Shown: positions 47,932 to 58,681, numbered from the stretch's first letter. The stretch: 64,000 nt of DNA from Candidatus Bathyarchaeota archaeon (GCA_963769425.1 CAVYLP010000003.1:160001-224000), one strand, 5' to 3'. Made by a program: numbers and translations. Notes: generated by a model not told the origin, from the letters alone.

Positions 47932-50034
47932 ACGGTAAAGCTGGAATCCATCTTCAGGCCCTCATCGGTGGCGATAATCGGTGCCTCGGCGACACCGAAC
48001 AAGGTCGGCTACATCCTCGTCAGGAACATGCTCAAGAGTGGCTACCAGGGGAAGATATACCCGATAAACCCCCAGGGGGGCCAGATACTCGGCCTCAAAG
48101 TCTACACCTCCGTGAAGGAGGTACCGGACAGCATCGACCTCGCTGTCGTCGCCATACCTGCTAAGCTGATCCCGCCGGTGACCGAGGAGTGCGGGGAGAA
48201 GGGGGTCAAGTCTATGATCATCATCTCCGCAGGCTTCAAGGAGACGGGGAAGGAGGGCGCGGAGCTTGAGATGCAGGTCGCGGCAATCGCCAAGAAGTAT
48301 GGCTTGAGAATCCAGGGCCCCAACTGCCTCGGTGCAGTAAATACGTGGACTCCACTTGACCTCAGCTTTGCAGCCGCCCTACCAAAGAAGGGGGGCATCG
48401 GTTTCATCAGCCAGAGCGGAGCCCTCGGCACCGCCATACTCGACTGGATCCTGAAGAAGGACATAGGGTTCCACAGCTTCATCAGCCTCGGCAACAAGGC
48501 TGACCTCGACGAGGTCGACTTCATAGAGGCGATGGCGGAGGACCCCGACGTGAAGGTAATTCTCCTCTACCTTGAATCGATTGAAAGAGGAGCCAAGTTC
48601 ATCGAGGTCGCGAGCCAGGTCACGAAGAGTAAACCCATCATCGTCGTCAAGGGCGGCACCAGCTCCGCTGGCGCGAAGGCCGCGGGGAGCCACACCGGCG
48701 CACTAGTGGGCAGCTTCCTCGCCTACCAGAAGGCGTTCGAGAAGTCGGGGGTCATCCTCGCTGACACGATGGAGGACCTCTTCAACTACGCTATCGCATT
48801 CATGGAGCAGCCCCTCCCGAAGGACGAGGGCATAGCCATAGTCACTAACGCGGGTGGTCCGGGAATACTGGCCACCGACCTAGTGGAGCGCCTTGGCGTC
48901 AAGATGGCCGAGGTAAAAGGGGAGACTAAGGAGAAGCTCAAGAAGGGTCTCCCCGCCGCGGCGTCGACGGGCAACCCGATAGACGTCCTAGGGGACGCGG
49001 GCGCAGACAGGTACGCCTTCGCCATCGAGGAGGCCCTCTGGGACCAGGGGATACACCTCGTCGTCGTCCTCCTCACACCGCAGGCGATGACGGACAGCAT
49101 GGCGACCGCCGACGCGATGGTAAGACTGAACGAGAAGCACCCGGAGAAGACGATGCTAGCCGTCTTCATGGGCGGGGAGCAGGTGGAGGGTGCCTCGAAG
49201 CACCTGAAGGATAAGGGGATACCCTGCTTCGACTTCCCAGAGAAGGCCATCAAGACAGCAGATGCCATCTACCGCTACTCCCGTTACCTCAAGACGCCCG
49301 AGCAGAAACCCACCATCTACACGATCGACAAGAAAAAGGTGGACACCATCTTCAAGGCGGTGAGGGCGGACGGCAGGAAGGTCCTGCTACCGACCGAGGC
49401 TGCTGAGGTCGCGCGCGTTTTCGGCATCGCAGCGCCCCCCAGCAAGCTGGCTGAGAAGCCAGAGGACGCGGTGAAGTACGCCCATGAGATGGGTTACCCG
49501 GTCGTCATGAAGATCGTCTCACCTGACATCCTTCACAAGACCGACATCGGGGGAGTCGTCCTCAACATCACGAGCCCCGAGGATGTACGCCAAGCATTCT
49601 CCGAAATAATGGCGAAGAGCAGGAAGGCACACCCGGAGGCGAAGATATATGGCGTCTCCGTGGACAAAATGGTGCCAAAGGGGAGGGAGATGATCGTCGG
49701 CATGAGCAGGGACCCTCAGTTCGGCCCCATGGTCATGTTCGGCCTCGGCGGCATATACGTCAACTTCCTAAAGGATGTCGCCTTCAGGATCGCGCCACTC
49801 AACGCGAGGGACGCGGAGGGCATCGTGAAGGAGACGAAGTCATACACCCTCCTCAAGGGGATCAGGGGCGAGCCACCAGCAGATATCGCGGCGCTGGAGG
49901 AGACGATTCTGCGCATCAGCCAGTTCGTCACAACCTATCCTGAGGTAGCGGAGATGGACATCAACCCCATACTCGTCTACGGGGAGGGCGAGGGCTGCCA
50001 GGCGCTGGACGTTAAGATCGCCCTCAGGTCTTAA
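47932..50034 (+). CDS. acdAB: Acetate--CoA ligase (ADP-forming), fused alpha-beta
   Basis: FRPSSVAIIGAS, GPNCLG, SQSGA, SHTG phospho-His, NPIDVLGD, HKTDIGGV, DINP; start uncertain (see findings). Confidence 0.92.
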   Translation, partial: TVKLESIFRPSSVAIIGASATPNKVGYILVRNMLKSGYQGKIYPINPQGGQILGLKVYTSVKEVPDSIDLAVVAIPAKLIPPVTEECGEKGVKSMIIISAGFKETGKEGAELEMQVAAIAKKYGLRIQGPNCLGAVNTWTPLDLSFAAALPKKGGIGFISQSGALGTAILDWILKKDIGFHSFISLGNKADLDEVDFIEAMAEDPDVKVILLYLESIERGAKFIEVASQVTKSKPIIVVKGGTSSAGAKAAGSHTGALVGSFLAYQKAFEKSGVILADTMEDLFNYAIAFMEQPLPKDEGIAIVTNAGGPGILATDLVERLGVKMAEVKGETKEKLKKGLPAAASTGNPIDVLGDAGADRYAFAIEEALWDQGIHLVVVLLTPQAMTDSMATADAMVRLNEKHPEKTMLAVFMGGEQVEGASKHLKDKGIPCFDFPEKAIKTADAIYRYSRYLKTPEQKPTIYTIDKKKVDTIFKAVRADGRKVLLPTEAAEVARVFGIAAPPSKLAEKPEDAVKYAHEMGYPVVMKIVSPDILHKTDIGGVVLNITSPEDVRQAFSEIMAKSRKAHPEAKIYGVSVDKMVPKGREMIVGMSRDPQFGPMVMFGLGGIYVNFLKDVAFRIAPLNARDAEGIVKETKSYTLLKGIRGEPPADIAALEETILRISQFVTTYPEVAEMDINPILVYGEGEGCQALDVKIALRS

Positions 50035-50905
50035 TGACCCTAAGCGCATCTTCGAGGTCTCTTTCTACCCTGAACTTCCTGTGGAAGAATGTGAGGATGT
50101 TCTTCACATCCCTCTCTAGTATCTCACCCGCGTTCGGGTGGTTTGAGGAGATGTACTGGGGCCAGTCGATTATGTAGACGACGCCCTCGTTTGAGACGAT
50201 GACGTTGAACTCGCTCAGGTCAGCGTGGATTATCCCCGCCTTGTACGCCTTGCGAATGTCCACGAGTATCTCGTCCATGTAGCCCTCTGGGTTGTCTAGG
50301 GTCGGAACATCGCCTAGCTGGTGCCCTTCGATGCGCTGCATTACTACTGTGTGCCTATTCTGGTAGATGGGCTTCGGGACTGAAACCCCTGCGTGGAAGG
50401 CGAGGGTTAGGGCGGTGTACTCTTTCTCGGCGGCGAGCCTCGACTGATAGAGCCACGAGACGTGGTGCCTCCCTGCGAGGTACTCCCGTTTCCGCCGGGT
50501 GTCTCTGAAGCTGACCCGCCCGAGCCTATGGAACTTCACCGCCACCCCCTCGCCTGATGGAGTAAGGGCTTCCAGTACGTCCGCTTCCTTACCCATGCCG
50601 AGGGGCATCCCGAGTGCGTCGATGATCTCCCCCCTGACGAGGGCGTTCAGGGCGAGGAGGTCGTAGCTGTTATAGTTGAGGATGAAGCCTACGTAACCCT
50701 CCGACTGCCTCCAGACAAGATCCTTATGGTCAAGCTCACCGAGCCAGTGCTTCACCTCATCTAGTCCCAAGCCGGTGTACTTCTCGATTGTCTCCGTCGG
50801 GACGAATTCATACTTGGCCATACCAAGCTCAATGCCCTGAAGTATCCTGAACTCACGAGGGTCGAGCTTAGTCAGAAGGGATGCAGCTTTCTCGGCGGAA
50901 GACAC
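50024..50905 (-). CDS. rio2: Rio2 serine kinase
   Basis: N-terminal wHTH, GMGKEADV, KFHRLGRVSF, IHADLSEFN, IDWPQ. Confidence 0.92.
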   Translation of the reverse strand: MSSAEKAASLLTKLDPREFRILQGIELGMAKYEFVPTETIEKYTGLGLDEVKHWLGELDHKDLVWRQSEGYVGFILNYNSYDLLALNALVRGEIIDALGMPLGMGKEADVLEALTPSGEGVAVKFHRLGRVSFRDTRRKREYLAGRHHVSWLYQSRLAAEKEYTALTLAFHAGVSVPKPIYQNRHTVVMQRIEGHQLGDVPTLDNPEGYMDEILVDIRKAYKAGIIHADLSEFNVIVSNEGVVYIIDWPQYISSNHPNAGEILERDVKNILTFFHRKFRVERDLEDALRVIKT

Positions 50906-50930
50906 GGATAGAATGAGGAGTGTCGTCTAT

Positions 50931-51428
50931 TTAGAGCTTAATCCGAGTTTTTAGCGCCTGACTCACAGGTACTCCAATTATTCCTGCTACAACAACTTGC
51001 AAGAGATTAATAGGTACCTCCACTAAAGCAGCAGAAACACCACCAAAGAAAACGATCTCTACTAAAAAATACCCTATGACAACACAGACTCCACCGAGAG
51101 CCCAGCCTAATATTACCCTATTTAATTTAGATGTCGCAAGACGTCCTCCGATGTATCCTGCTACTAGTCCCTCACATCCCTTTATTATTAAAGTGAAAGG
51201 CGCATAGTAGAAGTAGGGACTCATCATGTCGGATATCGCAGAGCCTATTCCACCTGCAAGTCCTCCAACTAATGGGCCGAATAGTAATCCAGAGATAATA
51301 ACAAAAACGTCTCCTATGTTGAAGTAGCCGGATGTAGCTGGAATTGGTATCATTATCAGATAGGTACCAACAAAACATAGCGCCGCCATGACGGCTATCG
51401 CCGCTAGCTCTCGTGAACCTAGCTTCAA
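50931..51428 (-). CDS. ECF transporter S component
   Basis: AVMAAL, GYFNIGD, LFGP..GG.AGGIGSAISD, PFTLIIKG. Confidence 0.88.
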   Translation of the reverse strand: MKLGSRELAAIAVMAALCFVGTYLIMIPIPATSGYFNIGDVFVIISGLLFGPLVGGLAGGIGSAISDMMSPYFYYAPFTLIIKGCEGLVAGYIGGRLATSKLNRVILGWALGGVCVVIGYFLVEIVFFGGVSAALVEVPINLLQVVVAGIIGVPVSQALKTRIKL

Positions 51429-51445
51429 ACCATTTCACCTATGAT

Positions 51446-51477
51446 AGTTAAAACTATAATAAGTTAGAACTATAATA
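51446..51477. promoter_or_regulatory. Tandem 16-bp repeat AGTTA(A/G)AACTATAATA upstream of the ECF S-component gene
   Basis: Copies at 51446 and 51462; the first overlaps the dyad TAGTT-AA-AACTA. Confidence 0.45.
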
Positions 51478-51486
51478 AATCTTCGC

Positions 51487-52908
51487 CTAGAGGAGGACCT
51501 GAAGATCATCCAGCGCAGAGAGAGTTCGCCTGCCCCTTTCAGTTATCTCATAGTATCTGCGCTTACCACGTAGGTTGGACGAGATGAGGCCTTTCTCCTC
51601 GAGGTCGGCTATATGTTGGTAGACGGCACCGATGGTCATCCCCTTCCCTACGGCCTTCCAGATCTCGTATCCATAGGTCTCCCCAGCCGAGATGCGACGT
51701 AGGATCTTCTCCTTGGTAGTAAGCATGGAGCCCAATCCGGGGGACCTCTTATGTTTGGTAAGGCTCTGAAGGATGTCATCCGTCTTCAATCCGCTGCTCG
51801 TTATGAGGCAGATTACCTTATCACTGCGATCGATCTTCCCGCTCTTGACTAGTCCGCTGAGACTTGCCACTGTAGCGGCGCTCGCAGGCTCTGCGAAAAT
51901 GCCCTCAAGCCGGGCGATCTCACGACCCGCCGCAAGCATGTCCTCGTCGCTGACCGTGATCGCGAAGCCCTTGGACTCCCTCAGTGCTTTTAGCGCTAGT
52001 TCCCCGAATATGGGTCGTGAGACCCTGATCGCGGTCGCCTCCGTCTCGCCTTGATCCATGGGCTTCGGGGTGTCTGCGCCGGTGTCGAAGGCTGAGACGA
52101 TAGGTGAGCACCCCCTGGCCTGTATGCCCACGAGCCTCGGGAGCTTTCGTATGCGCCCCATGGTCTCCAGTTCTTTGAAGCCCTTCCACAAAGAGCTAAT
52201 TGTGACACCGCTACCCATGGCGACGAAAAGCCAGTCAGGTTCTCCCCCCTGCTCAACAATCTCGTAGGCGATTGTCTTCAGTCCCTCGATGGATAAGGGG
52301 TTTAACTCGGTCGTGGCCTGGTACCATCCCATCTCCCCCTCGAGTGTGATGGCTCTAGAGATCGATTCCTCGATTGTCTCCCCCGACTCGACTATCTCAG
52401 CGTTGTAGACCATCATCTGGGCTAGTTTGCCGATGTCCAATGCCTTTGGGACGATAAGGTGGCAGGCAATGTTCGCCTTGGCGGAGTAGGCAGCGACGGA
52501 GGCCCCGTGGTTTCCGTTCGTGGCGCAGACGAGCGAGCTGAAACCCTTCCCCGAGGCGTCGGATACGATGAGCGCAGCGGAGCGATCCTTGAAACTGTTC
52601 GTTGGGTTCCGCGTCTCATCCTTTAGGGAAAGATGCTTTAGTCCGAGAGCTTCAGCGAGCCTCTGCGCCTCCTGCAAGGGTGTGCCACCCTCGCCGAGGC
52701 TGATAGGCTTCTTCACTGAGGGGAGGACTGGCTTATACCTCCAGAACTTCAGCTCTCCCGTAAACTCTACCGTCTTGAGGTACTCCTCGTCCCAGACGTA
52801 CTCCAAGATGCCCCCGCACTTCTCGCACCTGTTCCTACCCGAGTCGCTCGGGAAGACGTAGCCGCACTCGGTGCAGACGAGGTTCACCCGGGGCTTCATC
52901 ACCTCCAT
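51487..52908 (-). CDS. thrC: Threonine synthase with C-terminal PadR-like wHTH domain
   Basis: Zn ribbon, SLGEGGTPL, NPTNSFKDR, EPASAAT, then ETYGYEIWK...GAVYQHIADLEEKGLI...RRYYEITERG. Confidence 0.85.
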   Translation of the reverse strand: MEVMKPRVNLVCTECGYVFPSDSGRNRCEKCGGILEYVWDEEYLKTVEFTGELKFWRYKPVLPSVKKPISLGEGGTPLQEAQRLAEALGLKHLSLKDETRNPTNSFKDRSAALIVSDASGKGFSSLVCATNGNHGASVAAYSAKANIACHLIVPKALDIGKLAQMMVYNAEIVESGETIEESISRAITLEGEMGWYQATTELNPLSIEGLKTIAYEIVEQGGEPDWLFVAMGSGVTISSLWKGFKELETMGRIRKLPRLVGIQARGCSPIVSAFDTGADTPKPMDQGETEATAIRVSRPIFGELALKALRESKGFAITVSDEDMLAAGREIARLEGIFAEPASAATVASLSGLVKSGKIDRSDKVICLITSSGLKTDDILQSLTKHKRSPGLGSMLTTKEKILRRISAGETYGYEIWKAVGKGMTIGAVYQHIADLEEKGLISSNLRGKRRYYEITERGRRTLSALDDLQVLL

Positions 52909-52977
52909 CTGGGCGCATCCACTCTTTAAGCGTTGAACCCAACTCTTTTATTGCGCCCACCGAAGGTGACGAGCGAC

Positions 52978-53292
52978 ATGACCCCCGCCCCCAAGATAAC
53001 CGAGCTCCACCCCGGGATGGAACACCTCGACTTCAAGGTCAAGGTCTCAAAGAAGAATGAGGTGCGTAAGGTGAAGACCTTCACAGGCGTCGAGCATATG
53101 ATTCTTGAGGGAGAGATAAGCGATGGGGAGGGCTCCATCTCCTTCGCCGTATGGAACGAGAAGATTGAGTTATTCAGGGACATCGTAGCTGGGGACATGG
53201 TCGAGTTAACAGACTGCTTCGTGACCAGTTACAAGGGGATACTGCAGGTCAACGTCGGCAGGGATAGTAACGTCGTCAAGGTGAGTGCGTAG
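52978..53292 (+). CDS. Single OB-fold ssDNA-binding protein (SSB/RPA-like)
   Basis: KITELHPG, ISDGEGSISFAVWNE, YKGILQVNVG. Confidence 0.82.
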   Translation: MTPAPKITELHPGMEHLDFKVKVSKKNEVRKVKTFTGVEHMILEGEISDGEGSISFAVWNEKIELFRDIVAGDMVELTDCFVTSYKGILQVNVGRDSNVVKVSA

Positions 53293-53865
53293 ATGAGTGA
53301 AGACACTCTTGCGAGAATGAGGGACGAGGTCCGACACTCGACTCCACCGTATGGCACACACGGTTACGAACACGTGGACAGGGTCTACAACACATGTCTT
53401 CACATTGGCAAGATCGAGGGAGTCGACATGAAGATACTCCTGCCCGCTGCACTCCTTCACGACGTGGCGAGGGAGGAGCAGAACCACGCCGAAGCCGGGG
53501 CGGAGAAGGCCAAGTCCATACTCAAGAGGTATGGTTATACATCCGACGAGATCGAGAAAATCGCCAACGCCATCTCGACCCACAGCTTCTCCGGAAAAAA
53601 GCCCCCCGTAACTCTCGAGGGAAAGATTCTCTCCGACGCCGACAAGCTCGACGCTCTGGGAGCCCTTGGAGTCTACAGGACGGCGGTCTACAGCGGCGAA
53701 CACGCGAGGCCCATCGAGGATTTCATGGCGCACTTCCACGATAAGCTGCTCAGGCTCGAGGGGCTCATGTTCACGGCTGAGGCGAGGCGGATGGCGAAGG
53801 ACAGGACGGAATACCTGAGAGAGTTCGTCAATCGATTGGGACGTGAGCTTAAACAGGAGTTCTAG
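53293..53865 (+). CDS. HD-domain phosphohydrolase
   Basis: HGYEHVDRV, ALLHDV, THS, DADKLDALGA. Confidence 0.9.
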   Translation: MSEDTLARMRDEVRHSTPPYGTHGYEHVDRVYNTCLHIGKIEGVDMKILLPAALLHDVAREEQNHAEAGAEKAKSILKRYGYTSDEIEKIANAISTHSFSGKKPPVTLEGKILSDADKLDALGALGVYRTAVYSGEHARPIEDFMAHFHDKLLRLEGLMFTAEARRMAKDRTEYLREFVNRLGRELKQEF

Positions 53866-53976
53866 TAGCCATTCGGCCCTAATCGGCATTTTAACGACAT
53901 GTTTTAGGGTTAAATAGGTCAGGGTAAATGGGTTAAAAGTATACCGTTAATGACTAGAAATTAGGCTTCTAAGTGC

Positions 53977-54267
53977 TTACGGTGAGTCGTCGTCGTCCTC
54001 GCCCTTACCGGCTTTGCCCTTCGGGTTCGGCGGGTTGGCGGGGTCTATGCAGATGTAGACGATGTTGTTGCCGCGCACGAAGACGTCACCATAGTTGGCG
54101 ACTAGGCCGTTCTGATCATACTCCTTGGCGCCCTTGAGCATGATGTTCATGTATCCGTCTACGCGGGTCATCTTCCCCCAGTACTCCCCGTGGCCCTTGA
54201 GGTTGATTGTGACGTTGCTCCCGACGCTCTTGATGAGTACGTTAAGCGGCTTCTTGCTCGGCTCCAT
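53977..54267 (-). CDS. Sm-like archaeal protein (SmAP/Lsm)
   Basis: DGYMNIML (Sm1) and VRGNNIVYI (Sm2) motifs. Confidence 0.92.
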   Translation of the reverse strand: MEPSKKPLNVLIKSVGSNVTINLKGHGEYWGKMTRVDGYMNIMLKGAKEYDQNGLVANYGDVFVRGNNIVYICIDPANPPNPKGKAGKGEDDDDSP

Positions 54268-54372
54268 TCGTTCTACACCCTTGGAGATTCATAGATAGAC
54301 CAAGGGGGAGATTATAAAAACCTTCTGAACAAACCAAAACGTGCGGGTTTTTCGTGTCAGCCCCGCTTCCGG

Positions 54373-54912
54373 CTACGCCTTGGCACACGCTATCCAGTCG
54401 TTCGTGCCCTCGTCCCCGACGATTTCAACGCTACTGAATCCTTTCCCCTCCAGCAGCCCGACGAGGTACTCCCTATTGAACGCCGCCTTCAACGCGGTAA
54501 TAAATAGAATAGCCTGAGCCCTCGACACTCTCTTCATCTCCGAAATGGCCAGCCCCTTATCAGGCAGGTTTTGTATGAGCGTCACCGCGTAGACGCCGTT
54601 GAAAACCTCTGCACGAAACGGTAGATGCTCGGAGTCGCCTTGCACTAGATGGTGGTTAGGCTTCAGCCTCTCCTTAGCGACTATGAGGAGATTACCTGAG
54701 ATGTCGAGTCCCACACTGGGGGAGTCTACATGTCTGAGGAACATACCTGTGCCGCACCCGTTATCGAGGAGCAGATCGTCTCCCCTCGGGCGGGTTAGCT
54801 GCAAGGCGACGTCGTACTTCCTCAACTGCTCCTCCTCGTACCTGAGGTCGTAGAGCCCCCCGCCCAGGTCGTCATAGTTCTCACGCACTTCGCGCTTGTC
54901 GAGGGGCTTCAT
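54373..54912 (-). CDS. Class I SAM-dependent methyltransferase
   Basis: LLDNGCGTG, GLDIS, GDSEHLPF. Confidence 0.9.
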   Translation of the reverse strand: MKPLDKREVRENYDDLGGGLYDLRYEEEQLRKYDVALQLTRPRGDDLLLDNGCGTGMFLRHVDSPSVGLDISGNLLIVAKERLKPNHHLVQGDSEHLPFRAEVFNGVYAVTLIQNLPDKGLAISEMKRVSRAQAILFITALKAAFNREYLVGLLEGKGFSSVEIVGDEGTNDWIACAKA

Positions 54913-55332
54913 CGACTAGAGGGGGGACCAGCGACGTTATTCGCTTTTCTCCCCTTGGAAATCTAGTTGGACATAAAACCTATCCGACTGTGAGGCATGA
55001 ACAACCTTTAACACCTGATTTATGGATATGAACAATATCCGATTTCGGGAAAAGAGGCCTGGAAACAGCCCCGATGAGGATCGAGGACCCACCTCAATGT
55101 TTTACGCCTTAAAAGAATGAAGTATCAACATTATGGACACGGTTCACGGCCCCGCCATTACAATAAAAAAAGTTATTATAATGTTAAAATTCGCCGCTGA
55201 TGAAATGGGAAAACGCGCTGATTCAAAAAAGCGGGTTAAACACCATAAACGCGAGGTTATTGTTATCAACTCCATCGCACACGCGAAAACACCTCCCAAT
55301 CTATATATCCGCCAAACAAACCCTAACACCCC

Positions 55333-57021
55333 ATGACCGCAGACGTGCGACACAGGAGCTCGAAAGTCTACGACGGAGACGACCGCCTCAGTCAGAGAAG
55401 CCTCATGAAGGGAGTGGGGCTAACAGACGAAGACCTACGTAAGCCACTCGTCGCCATCGCTAACTCGTGGAATGAGATAAACCCAGGACACATTCACCTG
55501 AACGAGCTCGCCAAATTCGTCAAACACGGTGTGGCTCAGGCCGGTGGAACCCCCCTCGAATTTGATACCATCGCCGTCTGCGACGGAATCGTCATGGGAC
55601 ACGACGGGATGAAGATGAGCCTCCCAAGCAGGGAGATAGTTGCCGATAGCATAGAGATCATGGTTGAAGCACATGGTTTCGACGCCATGGTCTGCATGAC
55701 CACGTGCGACAAGATCGACCCCGGCATGCTCATGGCCGCCGCGCGACTCGACATCCCCACAATCTTTGTCCTCGGAGGACCCATGGAAGCGGGGTGCCCC
55801 GCCTGGGGAAAATACAAGGGCACCAAAATCACCGTCCAAGAGATGTTCGAGGTAACCGCCCTAGTCAAATCCGGTAAGATGAGCCAAGAAGAGGCAAAAT
55901 ACCTCGAAAACATCTGCTGCGGGAGCGCAGGCGCGTGTAGTGGAATGTTCACCGCCAACACAATGCAATGTCTCACCGAAGCCATAGGGATGACGCTCCC
56001 CGGAATGGCGACAGCGGAGAGCATGGGAAGCGAAAGGCAGAGACTAGCCACGGAAGCAGGCGCCAAAGTCATGGAGCTCCTCCAAAAGGGAATCACCCCG
56101 AGTAAAATCATGACCGAGAAAGCATTCAGAAACGCGATCACTGTCGATATGGCTCTAGGAGGCTCGACTAACACAGTCCTCCACCTCAAAGCGATCGCCA
56201 GCGAACTCGGCTACGATCTACCCCTAACACTATTCGACGAGATCAGCAAAAAGACCCCACACCTCTGCAACATGTCCCCCGCAGGACCCTACAAGATCCA
56301 GGACCTACATCGCGCGGGAGGAATCCACGGCGTAATGTCTAGGATACAGAAGAAACTCGACCTCACCGTCATGACCGCCACTGGAAAAACTCTAAAGGAG
56401 AACCTAAAGGGTGCCGCGATCACTGATGAGGAGGTTATCCGACCCCTCGACAACCCAGTGCACGTGCAGGGCGGGATAGCCATCTTAAAAGGCAACCTCG
56501 CACCAAACTGCGCGGTAGCCAAGATGGCCGCTATAAGTCCGAAGATGTGGACCTTCACGGGAACCGCCCGAGTCTTCGACCAGGAGGAACCCGCCGTCAA
56601 AGCCATCTACAACGACGAGATCAAGCCCGGCGACGTTCTCGTCATCCGCTACGAGGGACCAAAGGGTGGACCGGGTATGCGTGAGATGCTCGTCGGAACT
56701 AGCGCCATAGTGGGCAAGGGGCTGGGCGAGCAGGTCGCCTTAATCACCGACGGCAGGTTCTCGGGCGCGTCGAGGGGACCATGCATCGGCCACATCTCCC
56801 CCGAAGCAGCAGCCGGCGGACCAATAGCTCTCATCGAGGACGGGGACAAGATAATCATCGACATCCCCAACAGGAAACTCGAACTAGGCGTCTCCGAGAA
56901 GGAGCTCGCCAAACGGAAGGCGAAGTGGACTCCACCGAAATCAAAGGTGAAGAAGGGCTATCTCGTCAGATACGCCTCACTTGTAACCTCCGCCGACAAC
57001 GGTGCGATACTAAAAGTATAG
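55333..57021 (+). CDS. ilvD: Dihydroxy-acid dehydratase
   Basis: [54 protein letters not shown]. Confidence 0.95.
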   Translation: MTADVRHRSSKVYDGDDRLSQRSLMKGVGLTDEDLRKPLVAIANSWNEINPGHIHLNELAKFVKHGVAQAGGTPLEFDTIAVCDGIVMGHDGMKMSLPSREIVADSIEIMVEAHGFDAMVCMTTCDKIDPGMLMAAARLDIPTIFVLGGPMEAGCPAWGKYKGTKITVQEMFEVTALVKSGKMSQEEAKYLENICCGSAGACSGMFTANTMQCLTEAIGMTLPGMATAESMGSERQRLATEAGAKVMELLQKGITPSKIMTEKAFRNAITVDMALGGSTNTVLHLKAIASELGYDLPLTLFDEISKKTPHLCNMSPAGPYKIQDLHRAGGIHGVMSRIQKKLDLTVMTATGKTLKENLKGAAITDEEVIRPLDNPVHVQGGIAILKGNLAPNCAVAKMAAISPKMWTFTGTARVFDQEEPAVKAIYNDEIKPGDVLVIRYEGPKGGPGMREMLVGTSAIVGKGLGEQVALITDGRFSGASRGPCIGHISPEAAAGGPIALIEDGDKIIIDIPNRKLELGVSEKELAKRKAKWTPPKSKVKKGYLVRYASLVTSADNGAILKV

Positions 57022-57025
57022 AGGG

Positions 57026-58543
57026 TTAAACACCCTCTTTCTCTATCTTCTTCGTCAACGCTGCCACGTCGTACAGCGGTGTGTTGACCTTCGGGTCGAT
57101 CGGCCGAGCGAATTTCTTCTCAGTCGCGGCCCTATGTAGAGTGTTCATGGTGCAGAACGGGATGATCTTCCCATCCGGGGTAGCGTAGTGGACGGCGCAT
57201 CTCTGAACCCTCTCTATGTCGAAGTTGTATGGGTCCATGAAGTGCATGGTGCCGATCATGAGCATGTTGTGGTGGAGCTTGCTGAGACTCTGATAGCTCC
57301 CATCCGTGAGGACTGGGAGAAGGAACTTGCGGAAGGTACCTAGCTTCACGTTCTTCATTACTCCGCTAACAGCCGAAGCGGTAGCTCTCGCCTTGCTCCC
57401 TGATTCATATTTTTCGTTTGAATCATTAACGGATTTTAAAAGTCCCTCGACATTGAGATAGTGGGTGATCGGCTCAACTTTATTTCCCTCCATAACGAGG
57501 TAGGTGGCCATACCACAGTGAGGGTGAGTGCTGAAATCGATGTACTCCCTCTCCTTAATGTGACCCACGAACCTAGTAAACGGTACCGCTGTCGGAATCG
57601 GGAACCAATCGCTCTCCTTAATTAAGCCATCCGTCTGTTCGTTTGCGAGTCTCATCAAGTCGGGGATGGTTATACGCATCTGCTCCCTTTCCTTCGTGTT
57701 GATTCGCCCCGTGATTGCGACGGGCTGGAAGTTCACGCATCGGACGACGTCGCGGTTCTCTATAGCAAACCTTATGATGTCCCCGACCTGGTCGGTGTTG
57801 ACTCCACCAACCAGCACAGGGACGAGGACGACGCTGTGGAAACCTGCCTCCTTGAGGTTGCTTAGAGCCCTCTTCTTGATCGCGACCAAGTCGAAGCCCC
57901 TCGCCACCTTATAGGGCTCTGGCGTAACACCGTCGAACTGAAGATATACCGTGCTAGCTCCTGCATCCTTCAAGGTCTTACAGTACTCGACACTCTCCGC
58001 CATCTTGATGCCGTTCGAGTTGATCTCCACATGGTGGAAGCCCATGTCCTTGGCCATTTTAATCAGCTCTGGGAGATCCTCTCGGACAGTTGGCTCGCCT
58101 CCACTGAACTGCAGTCCCGGCGGGGAGATCGGTCTATTCGACCTGAGGTTCTCCATGATGCCCCGTATCTCCTCTTTCGTGGGCTCATAGAGGTAGCCTG
58201 CAGCTCCCGCGTGGGCGAAGCATATCGGGCAACGCAGGTTGCACCTGTTTGTGATGTCGATTATTGCCAGCACGGTGTGTGACTTGTGCTCAGGGCAGAT
58301 ACCGCAGTCGTAGGGGCAACCCTTCTCTGTTTTTGTCCGGGGGTTGTCAAGCTTCTTTCCATCTGCCGCGAACTCTGCCGCCCTGAGGTATTGATTATAG
58401 TCCCCCCAATAAAGATCGGACCACTCCCCGTGCTCGGGGCACGTCTTCCGAATGTAGACCTTACCACCCTCCTCATAGATCTCGGCGGGTAGGACCTTCA
58501 TACACTCGGGGCAGAGACTCTCGGTGTCTTTTATCTTATTCAT
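57026..58543 (-). CDS. tes: Radical SAM tetraether lipid synthase (Tes / MJ0619 family)
   Basis: SLCPEC..CPEHG, CPYDCGICPEH, CNLRCPIC, HPHCG, RCAVHYATPDGKIIPFC. Confidence 0.85.
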   Translation of the reverse strand: MNKIKDTESLCPECMKVLPAEIYEEGGKVYIRKTCPEHGEWSDLYWGDYNQYLRAAEFAADGKKLDNPRTKTEKGCPYDCGICPEHKSHTVLAIIDITNRCNLRCPICFAHAGAAGYLYEPTKEEIRGIMENLRSNRPISPPGLQFSGGEPTVREDLPELIKMAKDMGFHHVEINSNGIKMAESVEYCKTLKDAGASTVYLQFDGVTPEPYKVARGFDLVAIKKRALSNLKEAGFHSVVLVPVLVGGVNTDQVGDIIRFAIENRDVVRCVNFQPVAITGRINTKEREQMRITIPDLMRLANEQTDGLIKESDWFPIPTAVPFTRFVGHIKEREYIDFSTHPHCGMATYLVMEGNKVEPITHYLNVEGLLKSVNDSNEKYESGSKARATASAVSGVMKNVKLGTFRKFLLPVLTDGSYQSLSKLHHNMLMIGTMHFMDPYNFDIERVQRCAVHYATPDGKIIPFCTMNTLHRAATEKKFARPIDPKVNTPLYDVAALTKKIEKEGV

Positions 58544-58681
58544 AAATTATGCCCACTTGACCTGTTAATTATGAAAATCGACACTTCGTTTAAGAAGGTA
58601 TTCGTATTATTCACCTTCTAGGTAGTAGTTATTCCCACCGATAGAGGTAAATAAATCCCCGATTCTCTGTCTTCGATCGGC

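Noticed and set aside
23307-49931. Many long antisense or overlapping ORFs, e.g. 23307-23867, 28201-28881, 48786-49268
   Set aside because: Shadow ORFs of GC-rich, codon-biased genes with no motifs of their own
57026-58543. Multi-cluster radical SAM enzyme as a novel system
   Set aside because: Matches the known tetraether lipid synthase family expected in GDGT-producing archaea
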